DNA of 64,000 nucleotides. Origin: Candidatus Eiseniibacteriota bacterium. GTDB lineage: Bacteria > Eisenbacteria > RBG-16-71-46. The notes under the pieces were generated by a model that saw nothing but the letters and a program-made list of their open reading frames with translations, did no database searches and had not been told where the DNA came from. The position numbers and the translations under genes were made by a program. The stretch is taken from positions 36,596 through 100,595 of the forward strand of contig JANMQY010000015.1 in the NCBI GenBank assembly GCA_031370785.1, read 5' to 3'. Below, one piece after another: positions 37,970-49,426 of this stretch (position 1 is the stretch's first letter; each line of letters opens with the position of its first letter).

Positions 37970-39004
37970 TCAGGCCCGGCGCAGACGACGCGTCAGGGTA
38001 AAGGCACCGGCTGCTGCGAGCGAAAGCACGCCGAGCAGTCCGATCAGAGGCTGACCGCTCGCAGTCTGCGGCAGCGTCTCGGTGTCCCTATAGGGCGCAG
38101 GATTCTGCGCGATCGGTTCGGAGCGGATGATCTCGCGGTGTCCGACCGTCGAGCTCGTACTCTGCACCACGACCGACGGGCAGTTGCAGTCCATCGTGTT
38201 CACGGCGAGAAGCGCGTCGCTGTCGCGGGTGTGTGCGTAGGCCTGCTCGCGCTCCGGGACTCCGGGGCCGACGTAGGCGATGCGCTTCGCATAGTAGCGA
38301 CCGTCATCCATCGGCTTGAACTCGGCGCGCATGATCGACCCGGGTGCGACTTCGCTGGGCACCATGGTGCGTGAGTCCATGACCAGACCGACCGTCTGAC
38401 CCTGGTCGGTGACGACGACGAGCTGATGATCGTTGACCGAGAGAACGCGACCGGTAACCATCGGACGGGTCGAGAACACGTAGTCCGCCGAGGTCGGGGT
38501 CGCCGAAACCATGGCGCCCGGTGAATGCGGGCCAATGGTCTGCAGCCGGGTCTCGCGCGTATCCACGATACCGGCCTGGCTTGCGTTCATCTCCGAGGTG
38601 TACAGGACCGGACGACGCGGGCCGGTCGCATTGCGTGCGATCGTCTCGCGACTGTCGCGGGTGTTCGCATAGGCCTGCAGACGATTGAGCTGCATGCCAT
38701 CCCGGATCGGAACGATACGCTGCGCGTACAGTCGGCAGTCCTCCATCGCTTCGAACTCCGCACGCATGACCATTCCGGGTGCGAGATCCTTGGGTGCCTG
38801 GGTGCGCGTGTCGACCACCAGCGTGACCTGTTCGCCCTGATCCGTGTTCACGACCATCTGGTGGTCGTTCACAGAGACGACTTCGCCCGCGATCATCGGG
38901 TGCGACGAGAAGTGGTACGCAGTGGTGGACGGTGTGTTCGCTGCCATCGCTGCCCCAGCCGTCAGGATCAGCATGCCAATCGTGGAAACTAGCGTTCGTT
39001 TCAT
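37970..39004 (-). CDS. Sortase substrate: signal peptide, two OB-fold-like (DUF5666-like) repeats, LPQTA-TM-basic tail
   Basis: Repeats GEVVSVNDHQMVVNTDQG and GRVLSVNDHQLVVVTDQG; C-terminus TLPQTASGQPLIGLLGVLSLAAAGAFTLTRRLRRA. Confidence 0.85.
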   Translation of the reverse strand: MKRTLVSTIGMLILTAGAAMAANTPSTTAYHFSSHPMIAGEVVSVNDHQMVVNTDQGEQVTLVVDTRTQAPKDLAPGMVMRAEFEAMEDCRLYAQRIVPIRDGMQLNRLQAYANTRDSRETIARNATGPRRPVLYTSEMNASQAGIVDTRETRLQTIGPHSPGAMVSATPTSADYVFSTRPMVTGRVLSVNDHQLVVVTDQGQTVGLVMDSRTMVPSEVAPGSIMRAEFKPMDDGRYYAKRIAYVGPGVPEREQAYAHTRDSDALLAVNTMDCNCPSVVVQSTSSTVGHREIIRSEPIAQNPAPYRDTETLPQTASGQPLIGLLGVLSLAAAGAFTLTRRLRRA

Positions 39005-39412
39005 TTGAGGCTTCCTTTCATCTGCAGGCGATACATTCGATCGCCGCGTGCCGTACACCTGCTACGGCCAACTCAAGAGCCACTGGATCAAACTTCAAGA
39101 ACTTCACCGCGAGCCGGGGGCGGCTGGCGCGCTTGCGCCCGCACTCACCTGGATCGACGGATCGACCTGCGGCCCAATGGGAATTGTGCTGCCCGAGTGT
39201 TGCCAGGAGGGATGCACACGCCAGTTCAGTGCCAAGAGGACCTCGGAGGGAGCGAACCCCTCCAAGGTCCTGTCGAGCCATGAGCTTGGCCGGTCGGCCG
39301 TGATTCCAGCCTCCGCCCCGCGAAGCCGCTGCCCCCCGATCGGGCACGTAAGATGTTCAAAGGGAGGAAGGATCTTCAATCAGGAATGCTCGACGGCCAG
39401 GCCCGGGCCCTT

Positions 39413-40351
39413 CTAACTTCGGGCGGCTCGCCGGCGGCGCGGGCGCTCGCCTTCCGACGGCGCGCGCTCGACTTCGGGCCTGGCGGAGGGCGCCCGCTCG
39501 ACTTGGGGTCGGGCGCGCTCATGGGTGGCGCGCGGGCGCTCGCCCGAGTTCCCATCGGACCGAGGGCGCTGGCTCGGGGCGCCGGCTCGCCGCGGACGCT
39601 CGCTCGCGACCGCGGTCACCACGTAGGTTCCGCTGCGATCGTCCTTCTTCAGCGTGATGATCCCGGCCTCCTGGGCGTCCTCCAGCAATTCGCTGAAGCT
39701 GCCGTAGCCGAGCGCCGCCTCGCTGAACGCGGGCCGCTTGCGTTTCATCGTGTCCTTCACCAGCGAGGCCTGGATCACGTCGAAATTCTCGCGCTGGAGC
39801 GCGCGAACCGTATCGGCCAGCAGTCGAAACGCCTCTTCCTTCTCGCGCCCCGGCTTCGCATTCGACTCGGCCGGTGCCGCGCCGTGCTCCAGATCCTCGT
39901 AGTAGATGAACTCGTCACACCCGTTCGCCAGCAGCGGCGAGGTCGACTTCTTCATGCCGAGACCGATGACGTGCTTGCCGTTCTCCTTTAGCTTCGCGAC
40001 CAGCGGAGAGAAATCGCTGTCGCCCGAGACGATCACGAACGTGTCGATGTGCACCTTGCTCCAGCTCAGATCCATGGCATCCACCACCAGCCGGATGTCC
40101 GCCGAGTTCTTGCCGGTCTGGGCGCGCCTCGGGATCTCGATCAGCTCGATGCCGTTCTCGTGAAGGCTCTGCGTGTAGCTGCGGAAGCGGTTCCAGTCCG
40201 CGTAGGCCACCTTGACGATGACCTTTCCCTTCTCGAGCAACCGGTCGAGAATGCGGCGAACCTCGAAGACGGAATCCCCGGGGGGCAGGCCCAGCGCGAT
40301 GTTTTCGAAATCGACGAAAACGGCCATCTGCAGTTGCGGGCCGGCAGTCAT
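39413..40351 (-). CDS. NYN (LabA/DUF88) nuclease with an OST-HTH/LOTUS domain
   Basis: AVFVDFEN, GKNSADIRLVVDA, SGDSDFSPL and CDEFIYY; PAFSEAALGYGSFSELLE. Confidence 0.92.
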   Translation of the reverse strand: MTAGPQLQMAVFVDFENIALGLPPGDSVFEVRRILDRLLEKGKVIVKVAYADWNRFRSYTQSLHENGIELIEIPRRAQTGKNSADIRLVVDAMDLSWSKVHIDTFVIVSGDSDFSPLVAKLKENGKHVIGLGMKKSTSPLLANGCDEFIYYEDLEHGAAPAESNAKPGREKEEAFRLLADTVRALQRENFDVIQASLVKDTMKRKRPAFSEAALGYGSFSELLEDAQEAGIITLKKDDRSGTYVVTAVASERPRRAGAPSQRPRSDGNSGERPRATHERARPQVERAPSARPEVERAPSEGERPRRRRAARS

Positions 40352-40434
40352 GGGTGAGGCGGGCAATGCGCGCACCTCCGAATGATTCGGGGTCGAACTG
40401 CGGGGGCTGCCTGGGTGGACGCCGCGATCCGGCG

Positions 40435-42558
40435 TTACTGTGAAGGCGATTCCTTCGAGGTGGATCCGGACGCATTCGATGTGGCCGTCGCCTCACGCGC
40501 AGCGCTGATCGACGCCCGGCGCGAAGCCAGGGCGAGGATCTCATCGAGGCGCTCGGGTGTCACGGGCTTGACCACGTGCGCGTCGAAGCCCGCTTCCGAG
40601 CTCTTGCGCTGGTCGTCGGCCATGCCGTAGCCGGTGACCGCGACCAGCAGCATGCCCCGGGTGCGCGGATCCTTTCTCAGGCGACGCGCGACTTCGAACC
40701 CGTCGAATCCCGGGAGGCCCAGATCCACGAGAGCGATGTGGGGATCGATGTCCATCGCCTTCTGTACGGCCTGGGGTCCGTTGGCCGCTTCGTGGATCTT
40801 ATGGCCTCCCAGCTCGAGGAGCGTACGCAGCATGTCGCGAACATCCGCGTTGTCATCGACCACCAGAACGGTCAGCGCCGCGCCCAGCTTGCGAGTCGAA
40901 TCCTGCTTCATCAGGCGCTCGGAAGTATTGCGAAGGCGCGGCAGCCTCACGACGAACGTGCTTCCCTGACCAGCGCCAGGGCTGAGCGCTTCCACCGTGC
41001 CGCCCTGAAGCTCGACCAGCTTTCGCACCAGCGCGAGCCCGATGCCGAGGCCACCATCCGCCCGATCGAGGGCCTGGCGCCCCTGCACGAATACCTCGAA
41101 CAGGTCGGGCAGCAGCTCCGGGGAGATCCCGATGCCGGTGTCCGACACGCGCACTACGGCTCGATCGTCCTCAGCAGCGATCTGGACCGCGATCCGGCCG
41201 CCCGGATCGGTGTACTTCACGGCATTGACGAGCAGATTCGTGATTACCTGCTCGATGCGGGCGAGATCCGCCTCGACCATCACGCTCTCCCCCGTCACCA
41301 CGACCTGGTACGGGTCGAGCCTTCCCGAGGCGCGCATCGCATCGACCGCGCGCTTCACGACGTCCTTCAGGTCGAGCGGCTGGAGCGAGAGCCGAATGCG
41401 GCCCGCGGTCACACGCGAAACCTCGAGCAGGTCATCCACGATCCGCGCGAGGTGCAAGGACTGGCGCGCAATCACCTGGCTCGCATGCGACGCCGGTCCG
41501 TCGGAAACCACGGTCATCTGCAGCACCTGCGCGGCGGTGGTGATGGCCCCCAGTGGATTGCGCAGCTCGTGCGAGAGCGTCGCGAGGAATTCGTCCTTGC
41601 GACGATCGCGCTCCTGCAGCTCGCGATAGAGGCGACGGTTCTCGAGCGCAACCGCGGTGCGGCCGGCGATCAGCTCGAGAAGCTCGAGATCCTCTCTGCT
41701 GTACGGCTGTCCGGACTCCCTCGCCACCGCCAGGGCGCCGTAGAGCTGGCCGTGCACTCCCAGCGGCATCACGATCCCGGCGGAACCCCCGCCGTTGGTT
41801 CCGGGGATCGCCTGGGCGACACCCGACGCGAGCACGCTCTCCACCGAGGCCACCAGCTCGTGCGGAATGGCGCGCGATGCCGGGAGCGCCTCGTTGCCGT
41901 TGTTCGCCGCATGAATCCAGGTCGGCGGCCCGCGGTGCGGACCGTTTTCGGGAAACGCGATCCCGGCCTGGTCGGCGAGGAGCGGCACGAAAAGCCTCAG
42001 CAGCTCGAGCTCGAATCCGGAACCGTCGAGCGATCGCGTCAGCACCCCGCCGGCCTCGACCAGCACGCGCAGGCGCCGACTCTGCTCCTCGGCCGTCGCG
42101 CGCGCCGTCTGTTCGCGGGTCAGGGCGACGCGCTGTTCGGATTCCCGCCGCAACCGCTCGTTGGCGCGGGAGAGCGTCACGAACACCTTGACCTTGGTGC
42201 GCAGCACGTCGGGCAGGAATGGAGAGATGACGTAGTCGACCGCGCCGAGCGCGTATCCGCGCGCGGCCTGCATCTCGTCCGGGTCCGCGGTCAGGAAGAT
42301 GATCGGGGTGTTCGCGGTCCGCGGGCGCTGGCGGATGAGCGTCGCGGTCTCGAATCCATCCAGCTCCGGCATGTTGACGTCGAGCAGGATCACCGCGGCA
42401 TCGTTGTCGAGCAGGAACTTGAGCGCCTCACGTCCGGACGAAAGGCACACCACGTTCTCGCCGAGATCGGCGAGGCTGACCTCGATGGTCAGGCGCTGCG
42501 ATGGCAGGTCGTCGACGACCAGGATGTTGACGCGATCAGGCACGTTCGTCTCCGCCAT
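40435..42558 (-). CDS. Hybrid histidine kinase (REC-GAF-HisKA-HATPase-REC)
   Basis: ILVVDD/LLDVNMP, FLATLSHELRNPL, NAVKYT, DTGIG, GLGIGL and a C-terminal REC. Confidence 0.94.
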   Translation of the reverse strand: MAETNVPDRVNILVVDDLPSQRLTIEVSLADLGENVVCLSSGREALKFLLDNDAAVILLDVNMPELDGFETATLIRQRPRTANTPIIFLTADPDEMQAARGYALGAVDYVISPFLPDVLRTKVKVFVTLSRANERLRRESEQRVALTREQTARATAEEQSRRLRVLVEAGGVLTRSLDGSGFELELLRLFVPLLADQAGIAFPENGPHRGPPTWIHAANNGNEALPASRAIPHELVASVESVLASGVAQAIPGTNGGGSAGIVMPLGVHGQLYGALAVARESGQPYSREDLELLELIAGRTAVALENRRLYRELQERDRRKDEFLATLSHELRNPLGAITTAAQVLQMTVVSDGPASHASQVIARQSLHLARIVDDLLEVSRVTAGRIRLSLQPLDLKDVVKRAVDAMRASGRLDPYQVVVTGESVMVEADLARIEQVITNLLVNAVKYTDPGGRIAVQIAAEDDRAVVRVSDTGIGISPELLPDLFEVFVQGRQALDRADGGLGIGLALVRKLVELQGGTVEALSPGAGQGSTFVVRLPRLRNTSERLMKQDSTRKLGAALTVLVVDDNADVRDMLRTLLELGGHKIHEAANGPQAVQKAMDIDPHIALVDLGLPGFDGFEVARRLRKDPRTRGMLLVAVTGYGMADDQRKSSEAGFDAHVVKPVTPERLDEILALASRRASISAAREATATSNASGSTSKESPSQ

Positions 42559-42559
42559 C

Positions 42560-45500
42560 TCAGCGCACCAGCCAGGCGCGCATCATCTCGAGCAGCTCGT
42601 CGGGATCGACCGGCTTCGCGAGGTAGTCCCAGGCTCCCGCCTCGATGCACTTCTCGCGGTCGCCCTTCATTGCCTTGGCGGTGACAGCGATGATTGGAGT
42701 GTCGCGAAACGCCGGATTGCGCCGGATCTCACGAATGGTATCGAGGCCGTCCATATCCGGCATCATGACGTCCATCAGGACGATATCGATGTCCGGATTG
42801 GCCTCGAGCATCGAGATCGCATCCCGTCCGGTTTCCGCGGAAAGCGTATTCATCTGATGCTGCTCCAGCGCGCTGGTCAGGGCGAAGATGTTGCGGATGT
42901 CGTCATCGACGATCAGCACCTTTTGACCGCTCAGGGCCTTGTCGCCATCGTGCAGGCTCAGAATCACCTGACGCTGAGTCTCGCTGAGGTCCTCGAGGCG
43001 CCGGTGCAGGAACAGCGCGGACAGATCCAGCAGACGCTCCGGGCTCTGGATCTCGCGCGCGAGCGAGGACTGGAGTAGACGCTTGCGCGCACCGGCCTCG
43101 TCGTTCGAGACACCATTCGCGCCGTGCACGAGGACCGGCAATTCCGCGATCCGGCCGCTCGCGATGAGGCGATCCACCGCCTCGCTCGGGGTCGCATCCG
43201 GCAACGCCGTATTCAGGATGATGCAGTCGGGTTTGTGCTCCGACAGGGTTTCGAGTGCCTCCTTCACCGTCCCGGCTTCGAGGATCTCCACACCCCGTTG
43301 CGGGAGGAATTCACGAAGCTGCGTGCGCCGCTCCGGATCCGGCTCGACCATCAGGATCTCGCGGGTACTTCGTTCCGCGTATCCAAACAGTCCGGTGAGC
43401 ACCTCATCGAGTCCTTCGATGGCCTGGAAGGGCTTGATCGCGACGCCGAACGCCCCGGCCCGCAGCGCGCGCTCGCGGTCGTCATCGGTCGTGATGACCT
43501 GAACCGGAATGTGCCGGGTGGCCGCGGACTGCTTGAGACGCTCCAGCACCCGCCAGCCGCTGATGTCGGGCAGCGAGATGTCGAGCGTGATGGCATGCGG
43601 CATGTATTCCGTCACCAGACCGAGCGCGGAGGCGCCGAAGCCGGTGATGACGGCCTTGTAGCCGTGATCGTGAGCCACGTTGTGGACCATGCGCGCAAAC
43701 GGCAGGTCGTTCTCGACGATCAGCAGCACGCGATCCCCGGGCACGATGTCGTGCCGGTCATCGTCCGCTTCGTCCGTCACGGCCGCCGGCTCGGTCGTCG
43801 CCAGCGCCTCGACGGCACGCATTGGCGTGGCGCTGCGCGTGTCGCCGGAGGGCAGCGAGATCCGGCGAGGAACCACGGTGGACGCGAGCGAGGCCGGCAG
43901 ATAGAGAGTGAACGCGCTTCCCTCGCCGGGCGCGCTGTGCAACCGGATCTCGCCGCCGAGGAGCCACGACAGTTCGCGGCTGATCGCGAGCCCCAGGCCG
44001 GTGCCGCCGTACTTGCGGCTGGTACTGCCATCGGCCTGCTGGAACGCCTCGAAAATGATGTGCTGCTTGTCCTGCGGAATCCCGATGCCGGTGTCCGAGA
44101 CCGTGAAGGCGATCACGCCATCCTGACCGCGCAACGTACCTTTCTCGAACTGGGTCGAACCCGAGACCGGCGCGATCTCGAGCACGACCCGGCCCTGGCG
44201 CGTGAATTTGAAGGCATTCGACAGCAGGTTCTTGAGGATCTGCTGCAGGCGCTTGGCGTCGGTCTGGATGGATTTTGGCAGCCCGGGCGAGAGCCGGATG
44301 TCGAACTCGAGGTTCTTGAGCTCGGCCACGTGGTTGAACGTGCGCTCGACGAAACCCCGGAGCGAATCGAAGCGCAGCTCGTTGACCTCGACCGCGACCG
44401 TGCCCGACTCGATCTTGGACAGGTCGAGGATGTCGTTGATCAGGTTCAACAGGTCGTTGCCGGACGAATGGATGGTCTTCGAGTACTCCGTCTGCCGTGC
44501 GGTCAGATTGCCGTCCGGATTCTTCGAGAGCTGATCCGAGAGAATCAGGAGGCTGTTGAGCGGCGTACGCAGCTCGTGTGACATGTTGGCGAGGAACTCC
44601 GACTTGTACTTGGAGGTCAGGGCGAGCTGGGTGGCCTTCTCTTCGAGCGCCTGCCGCGCCTGCTCCACCTCGCGATTCTTGCGCTCGACCTCGGCGTTCT
44701 GGTGCGCCAGCAGCTGGGCCTTCTCCTGCAGCTCCTGGTTGGTCTGCTGCAGCTCGGAGGCGAGCGACTGGGACTGCTTGAGCAGATCCTCGGTCCGGGT
44801 ATTGGCCTCGATCGTATTGATCACGATGCCGATGGTTTCGGCGAGCTGATCGAGGAAGGCCTGATAGGTCGCGCTGAACCCTTCGAACGAGGCCAGCTCG
44901 ATGACCGCTCGCACCTGGCCTTCGAAGATCACCGGCAGGACGATCAGGTTGAGCGGCGCGGCGCGCCCCAGTCCCGAGCTGATCTGGATGTAATCCGGGG
45001 GGATGTTCGACAGCACGATCATGCGCCCCTCGCGCGCGCACTGCCCGACCAGCCCGCTCCCGACCCGGAACTCCTGCCTCGCGTCCAGGTCCTCCTCGAG
45101 CGCGTAGCCGGCCAGCAGCCGGAGTCGCTCGCCGGACTCGGTCGAATCCATGAGGTAGAAAGCCGCGCGATGCGCATTCACCACCGGCGCCAGCTCCGAC
45201 AGGATCAGCTTGCCGACGGTGAGCAGATCCTTCTGGCCCTGCAGCATGCGGCTGAACTTCGCAAGGTTGGTCTTGAGCCAGTCCTGCTCGCTGTTCTTGA
45301 GCGTGGTCACGCGCAGGTTGCGGATCATCTCGTTGGTGGTGTCCTTCAGCACTGCCACCTCGCCGCGCGCTTCGACCTTGATCTCGCGGGTGAGGTCGCC
45401 CTTGGTGACGGCGGTCGCGACGTCCGCGATCGCGCGCACCTGGGTGGTGAGATTGGCCGCGAGCTGATTCACGTTGACGGTCAGGTCCTTCCACGTTCCG

Positions 45501-48500
45501 GCTGCGCCGGGGACTCGTGCCTGGCCGCCGAGCTTGCCTTCGACGCCTACTTCGCGCGCCACCGAGGTCACCTGGTCGGCGAAGGTCGCCAGCGTGTCGA
45601 TCATCGAGTTGATGGTCTCCGCCAGCTCCGCGATCTCGCCCTTGGCTTCCAGCGTGAGCTTGCGGCGCAGGTCGCCATTCGCGACCGCGGTCACAACTCG
45701 CGCGATACCGCGCACCTGCCCGGTCAGGTTCGAGGCCATCGAGTTCACGTTGTCGGTCAGGTCCTCCCACACGCCCGAGACACCCTGCACCTGCGCCTGC
45801 CCGCCGAGCTTGCCCTCGGTGCCTACTTCGCGCGCCACCCGGGTCACCTCGGCGGCGAACGAGCTGAGCTGGTCCACCATGCGATTGACCGTGTCCTTCA
45901 GGTCGAGGATCTCGCCCTTCACATCGACCGTGATCTTGCGCGACAGATCACCGTTCGCCACCGCCTTGGTCACATCGGCGATGTTGCGCACCTGCGCGGT
46001 GAGGTTCGACGCCATGAAGTTCACGCTGTCGGTCAGATCGCGCCAGGTGCCAGCCACGCCGTGCACGTCGGCCTGTCCGCCCAGTCGACCTTCGGTGCCG
46101 ACCTCTCGCGCGACGCGCGTCACCTCGGCCGCGAACGAGCGCAGCTGGTCCACCATCCGGTTGACGGTGTCCTTGAGCTCGAGGATCTCGCCGCGCACGT
46201 CCACCGTGATCTTCTTCGACAGGTCGCCGTTCGCGACCGCGGTCGTGACTTCGGCGATGTTGCGCACCTGGTCGGTCAGGTTGGTCGCCATGAAGTTCAC
46301 GCTGTCGGTGAGGTCCTTCCAGGTGCCGGCCACGTCTTCGACGTTGGCCTGCCCGCCCAGCTTGCCCTCGGTGCCGACCTCTCGCGCGACGCGCGTCACC
46401 TCGGCCGCGAACGAGCGCAGCTGGTCCACCATCCGGTTGACGGTGTCCTTGAGCTCGAGGATCTCGCCGCGCACGTGCACCGTGATCTTCTTCGACAGGT
46501 CGCCGTTCGCGACCGCGGTCGTGACCTCGGCGATGTTGCGCACCTGCGAGGTCAGGTTCGACGCCATGAAGTTCACGCTGTCGGTCAGGTCCTTCCAGGT
46601 GCCGGCCACGTCGCGCACGTCGGCCTGGCCGCCGAGCTTGCCCTCGGTGCCGACTTCGCGCGCCACGCGCGTCACTTCGGAGGCGAACGAGCTGAGCTGA
46701 TCCACCATGGTGTTGATCGTATTCTTGAGCTCGAGGTTCTCGCCGCGCACGTCCACCGTGATCTTCTTGGAAAGATCTCCGGTCGCGACGGCCTTGGTCA
46801 CCTCGGCGATGTTGCGTACCTGTCCGGTCAGGTTCGAGGCCATCGAGTTCACGTTGTCGGTCAGGTCCTTCCAGGTGCCGGCCACCTCCTTCACGTCGGC
46901 CTGGCCGCCGAGCTTGCCCTCGGTTCCGACCTCTCGCGCGACGCGGGTCACCTCGGCCGCGAACGAGCTGAGCTGGTCCACCATGCGGTTGACCGTGTCC
47001 TTGAGCTCGAGGATCTCGCCGCGCACGTCCACCGTGATCTTGCGCGACAGGTCGCCCGCGGCGACCGCCTTGGTCACGTCGGCGATATTGCGCACCTGTG
47101 AGGTCAGGTTCGACGCCATGAAGTTCACGCTGTCGGTCAGGTCCTTCCACGTGCCGGCCACGTCGCGCACGTTGGCCTGCCCGCCGAGCTTGCCTTCGGT
47201 GCCGACCTCTCGCGCGACGCGTGTCACTTCGGCCGCGAACGAGCGCAGCTGGTCCACCATCCGGTTGATCACGTCCTTGATCTGCAGGATCTCCCCGCTC
47301 ACCTCGACCGTGATGATCTGGGTCAGGTCGCCGTTGGCGATCGCGGTCGCGACCTTGGACACGTCGCGCAGCTGCACGGTCAGGTTGGAGGCCATCGAGT
47401 TCACGCTGTCGGTCAGGTCCTTCCAGGTGCCGGCGACGTCCTTCACGTCGGCCTGGCCGCCGAGCTTGCCCTCGGTGCCGACTTCGCGCGCCACACGCGT
47501 CACTTCGGAGGCGAACGAGCTGAGCTGGTCCACCATGCGGTTGACGGTGTCCTTGAGCTCGAGGATCTCGCCACGCACGTCTACAGTGATTTTCTTGGAG
47601 AGGTCGCCGTTGGCAACTGCAGTCGTCACCTCGGCGATGTTGCGCACCTGATCGGTGAGGTTCGAGGCCATCAGGTTCACGCTGTCGGTGAGGTCGCGCC
47701 ACGTGCCCGAGACGCCTTCGACCCGTGCCTGGCCACCGAGATTTCCCTCGGTGCCGACCTCGCGCGCGACGCGCGTCACCTCGGAGGCGAACGAGCGGAG
47801 CTGGTCGACCATCGTGTTGATGGTGTTCTTCAGCTCGAGCACCTCTCCCTTCACATCGACCGTGATCTTGCGCGACAGGTCGCCGTTCGCGACCGCCGTC
47901 GTCACTTCGGCGATGTTGCGCACCTGGCCGGTGAGATTCGAGGCCATCAGGTTGACGCTGTCGGTGAGGTCCTTCCAGATGCCGGCCACGCCCTTGACCC
48001 GCGCCTGGCCGCCGAGCTTGCCCTCGGTGCCGACCTCGCGCACCACACGCGTCACCTCGGCGGCGAACGCGCCGAGCTGATCGACCATCCGGTTGACCGT
48101 CTGCGCAGTCCGCATGAATTCGCCCTCGAGCGGGCGACCGTCCATCTCGAGGGCCATGGTCTGCGAGAGATCGCCCTTGGCCACCGCGCCGATCACGCGC
48201 GCCGCCTCGGCCGTGGGCTGAACCAGATTGGCGACCAGGCTGTTGACCGCCGCGATCGTGTCGGACCAGGAGCCGGTCACCGTGCCGAGCGAGGCACGCG
48301 CGTCGATCTTGCCGTGCTGTCCCACCGTCACGCTGACGCGCGCGAGCTCGGCGGCGAGCCGCTCGTTCATTTCGACGACTTCATTGAATGTGTCTGCGAC
48401 CTTGCCCGCGACGCCGGTCCAGTCCTCGGGAAGACGCGCCGAGAAATCGCCCTTGCGCACCGCCTTGAGCACGGCAAGGAGCTTCGATGCATCGATGGCG

Positions 48501-48526
48501 GGACCGTCATTCAGAATGGTCGACAT
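42560..48526 (-). CDS. Soluble poly-HAMP hybrid histidine kinase (HAMPn-GAF-HisKA-HATPase-3xREC; OsaA/fungal group III-like)
   Basis: About 10-11 92-aa units ([18 protein letters not shown]...WKDLTD); [26 protein letters not shown]; receiver domains; no TM segment. Confidence 0.95.
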   Translation of the reverse strand: MSTILNDGPAIDASKLLAVLKAVRKGDFSARLPEDWTGVAGKVADTFNEVVEMNERLAAELARVSVTVGQHGKIDARASLGTVTGSWSDTIAAVNSLVANLVQPTAEAARVIGAVAKGDLSQTMALEMDGRPLEGEFMRTAQTVNRMVDQLGAFAAEVTRVVREVGTEGKLGGQARVKGVAGIWKDLTDSVNLMASNLTGQVRNIAEVTTAVANGDLSRKITVDVKGEVLELKNTINTMVDQLRSFASEVTRVAREVGTEGNLGGQARVEGVSGTWRDLTDSVNLMASNLTDQVRNIAEVTTAVANGDLSKKITVDVRGEILELKDTVNRMVDQLSSFASEVTRVAREVGTEGKLGGQADVKDVAGTWKDLTDSVNSMASNLTVQLRDVSKVATAIANGDLTQIITVEVSGEILQIKDVINRMVDQLRSFAAEVTRVAREVGTEGKLGGQANVRDVAGTWKDLTDSVNFMASNLTSQVRNIADVTKAVAAGDLSRKITVDVRGEILELKDTVNRMVDQLSSFAAEVTRVAREVGTEGKLGGQADVKEVAGTWKDLTDNVNSMASNLTGQVRNIAEVTKAVATGDLSKKITVDVRGENLELKNTINTMVDQLSSFASEVTRVAREVGTEGKLGGQADVRDVAGTWKDLTDSVNFMASNLTSQVRNIAEVTTAVANGDLSKKITVHVRGEILELKDTVNRMVDQLRSFAAEVTRVAREVGTEGKLGGQANVEDVAGTWKDLTDSVNFMATNLTDQVRNIAEVTTAVANGDLSKKITVDVRGEILELKDTVNRMVDQLRSFAAEVTRVAREVGTEGRLGGQADVHGVAGTWRDLTDSVNFMASNLTAQVRNIADVTKAVANGDLSRKITVDVKGEILDLKDTVNRMVDQLSSFAAEVTRVAREVGTEGKLGGQAQVQGVSGVWEDLTDNVNSMASNLTGQVRGIARVVTAVANGDLRRKLTLEAKGEIAELAETINSMIDTLATFADQVTSVAREVGVEGKLGGQARVPGAAGTWKDLTVNVNQLAANLTTQVRAIADVATAVTKGDLTREIKVEARGEVAVLKDTTNEMIRNLRVTTLKNSEQDWLKTNLAKFSRMLQGQKDLLTVGKLILSELAPVVNAHRAAFYLMDSTESGERLRLLAGYALEEDLDARQEFRVGSGLVGQCAREGRMIVLSNIPPDYIQISSGLGRAAPLNLIVLPVIFEGQVRAVIELASFEGFSATYQAFLDQLAETIGIVINTIEANTRTEDLLKQSQSLASELQQTNQELQEKAQLLAHQNAEVERKNREVEQARQALEEKATQLALTSKYKSEFLANMSHELRTPLNSLLILSDQLSKNPDGNLTARQTEYSKTIHSSGNDLLNLINDILDLSKIESGTVAVEVNELRFDSLRGFVERTFNHVAELKNLEFDIRLSPGLPKSIQTDAKRLQQILKNLLSNAFKFTRQGRVVLEIAPVSGSTQFEKGTLRGQDGVIAFTVSDTGIGIPQDKQHIIFEAFQQADGSTSRKYGGTGLGLAISRELSWLLGGEIRLHSAPGEGSAFTLYLPASLASTVVPRRISLPSGDTRSATPMRAVEALATTEPAAVTDEADDDRHDIVPGDRVLLIVENDLPFARMVHNVAHDHGYKAVITGFGASALGLVTEYMPHAITLDISLPDISGWRVLERLKQSAATRHIPVQVITTDDDRERALRAGAFGVAIKPFQAIEGLDEVLTGLFGYAERSTREILMVEPDPERRTQLREFLPQRGVEILEAGTVKEALETLSEHKPDCIILNTALPDATPSEAVDRLIASGRIAELPVLVHGANGVSNDEAGARKRLLQSSLAREIQSPERLLDLSALFLHRRLEDLSETQRQVILSLHDGDKALSGQKVLIVDDDIRNIFALTSALEQHQMNTLSAETGRDAISMLEANPDIDIVLMDVMMPDMDGLDTIREIRRNPAFRDTPIIAVTAKAMKGDREKCIEAGAWDYLAKPVDPDELLEMMRAWLVR
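45400..48300. repeat. 276-bp period tandem HAMP-coding repeats
   Basis: Ten W(K/R/E)DLT motifs spaced 92 aa apart; boundaries approximate. Confidence 0.9.
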
Positions 48527-48673
48527 GGCCAGCTCTCCATTCGGCACTCTTGGATGAATCCCGGAATCCCCATTCGGGACATGGAAGCGGCGTCGAGATC
48601 TCGTTTGGGGAGCGCACTCTCGACGTCGCTCTGAAAGCTCGTGTTTGTCTGACCGCAAGGCGATTGAAGACCT

Positions 48674-49426
48674 TCAGTAGCCCTGAAACACCTCGGATCG
48701 AATGCGCTCGGACTTCGTGCCGAGCCGACCCAGAACCGTTTGAAGCCCCTGAACCATGCGCGGGGGCCCAGCCACATAGTACGTTGGCGAATTCACGTTC
48801 CTCAGGAATCTTTCGATCATTTCCAGATCCAGCACGCTGGTTTCCCCGGACCACCTGTGCCGCGACCTGTCGGGCTGTGTCATGGTCGCAATCATTGTGA
48901 AGTTCCAATGGGAACGTTCGATCGCCTGCAACTCGTCAAGGAATGGTGCGTCCTCGGGCCGGCGGTTCGAATAGAACAGAAAGAACCGGTGCGGGAGCTT
49001 GGAGGCGATGGCGTCCAGCAGCATGCTGCGGAACGGGGTGATCCCGATCCCGCCGGCGATGAAGACCGCCGGGGATGCGGAATCCTTGTGAAGCGTCAGC
49101 TGGCCTGACGGCCCCTCGATCTCGACCTCGGTGCCGAGCGGGCTGTTCTTCAGGGCGCGCTTGAGCGCGCTGTCCCGCACACGCGTGGTGACCATGAGCA
49201 GATTCTCGCTCGGTGCGCTCGCAAGAGAGAATCTCCGTGTTATCCCCCTCGCGTCGGCCGCGTGCGGTTGATTCAGCGACAGCTCGATGAACTGGCCGGC
49301 CCTGAACGTGAAGCCGTCAGGCTTGTCAAAAAGAAAGGCGAATGTGTTTTCTGCGATCTCCCGACGCTCCCGAAGCTGTACGACGTAGGTGCGGGAGTCT
49401 GCGGCGCTGACCACTACTTCCTCCAT
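48674..49426 (-). CDS. FAD/NAD(P)-binding oxidoreductase (ferredoxin reductase family)
   Basis: FRAGQF, RRFSLASAP, FIAGGIGITPFRSM, YVAGPP and terminal EVFQGY; start uncertain. Confidence 0.9.
   Translation of the reverse strand: MEEVVVSAADSRTYVVQLRERREIAENTFAFLFDKPDGFTFRAGQFIELSLNQPHAADARGITRRFSLASAPSENLLMVTTRVRDSALKRALKNSPLGTEVEIEGPSGQLTLHKDSASPAVFIAGGIGITPFRSMLLDAIASKLPHRFFLFYSNRRPEDAPFLDELQAIERSHWNFTMIATMTQPDRSRHRWSGETSVLDLEMIERFLRNVNSPTYYVAGPPRMVQGLQTVLGRLGTKSERIRSEVFQGY

Noticed and set aside
40576..47101. Long plus-strand ORFs (702, 485 and 799 aa), and similar ORFs at 20320-21912 and 55324-57405
   Set aside because: Antisense shadows of well-supported genes, expected from high-GC codon bias; no motifs of their own
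45400..48300. Repeat array as a CRISPR or a diversity-generating retroelement template/variable pair
   Set aside because: In-frame 276-bp coding repeats with no spacers, no cas or reverse transcriptase genes, and no adenine-specific mismatch pattern seen
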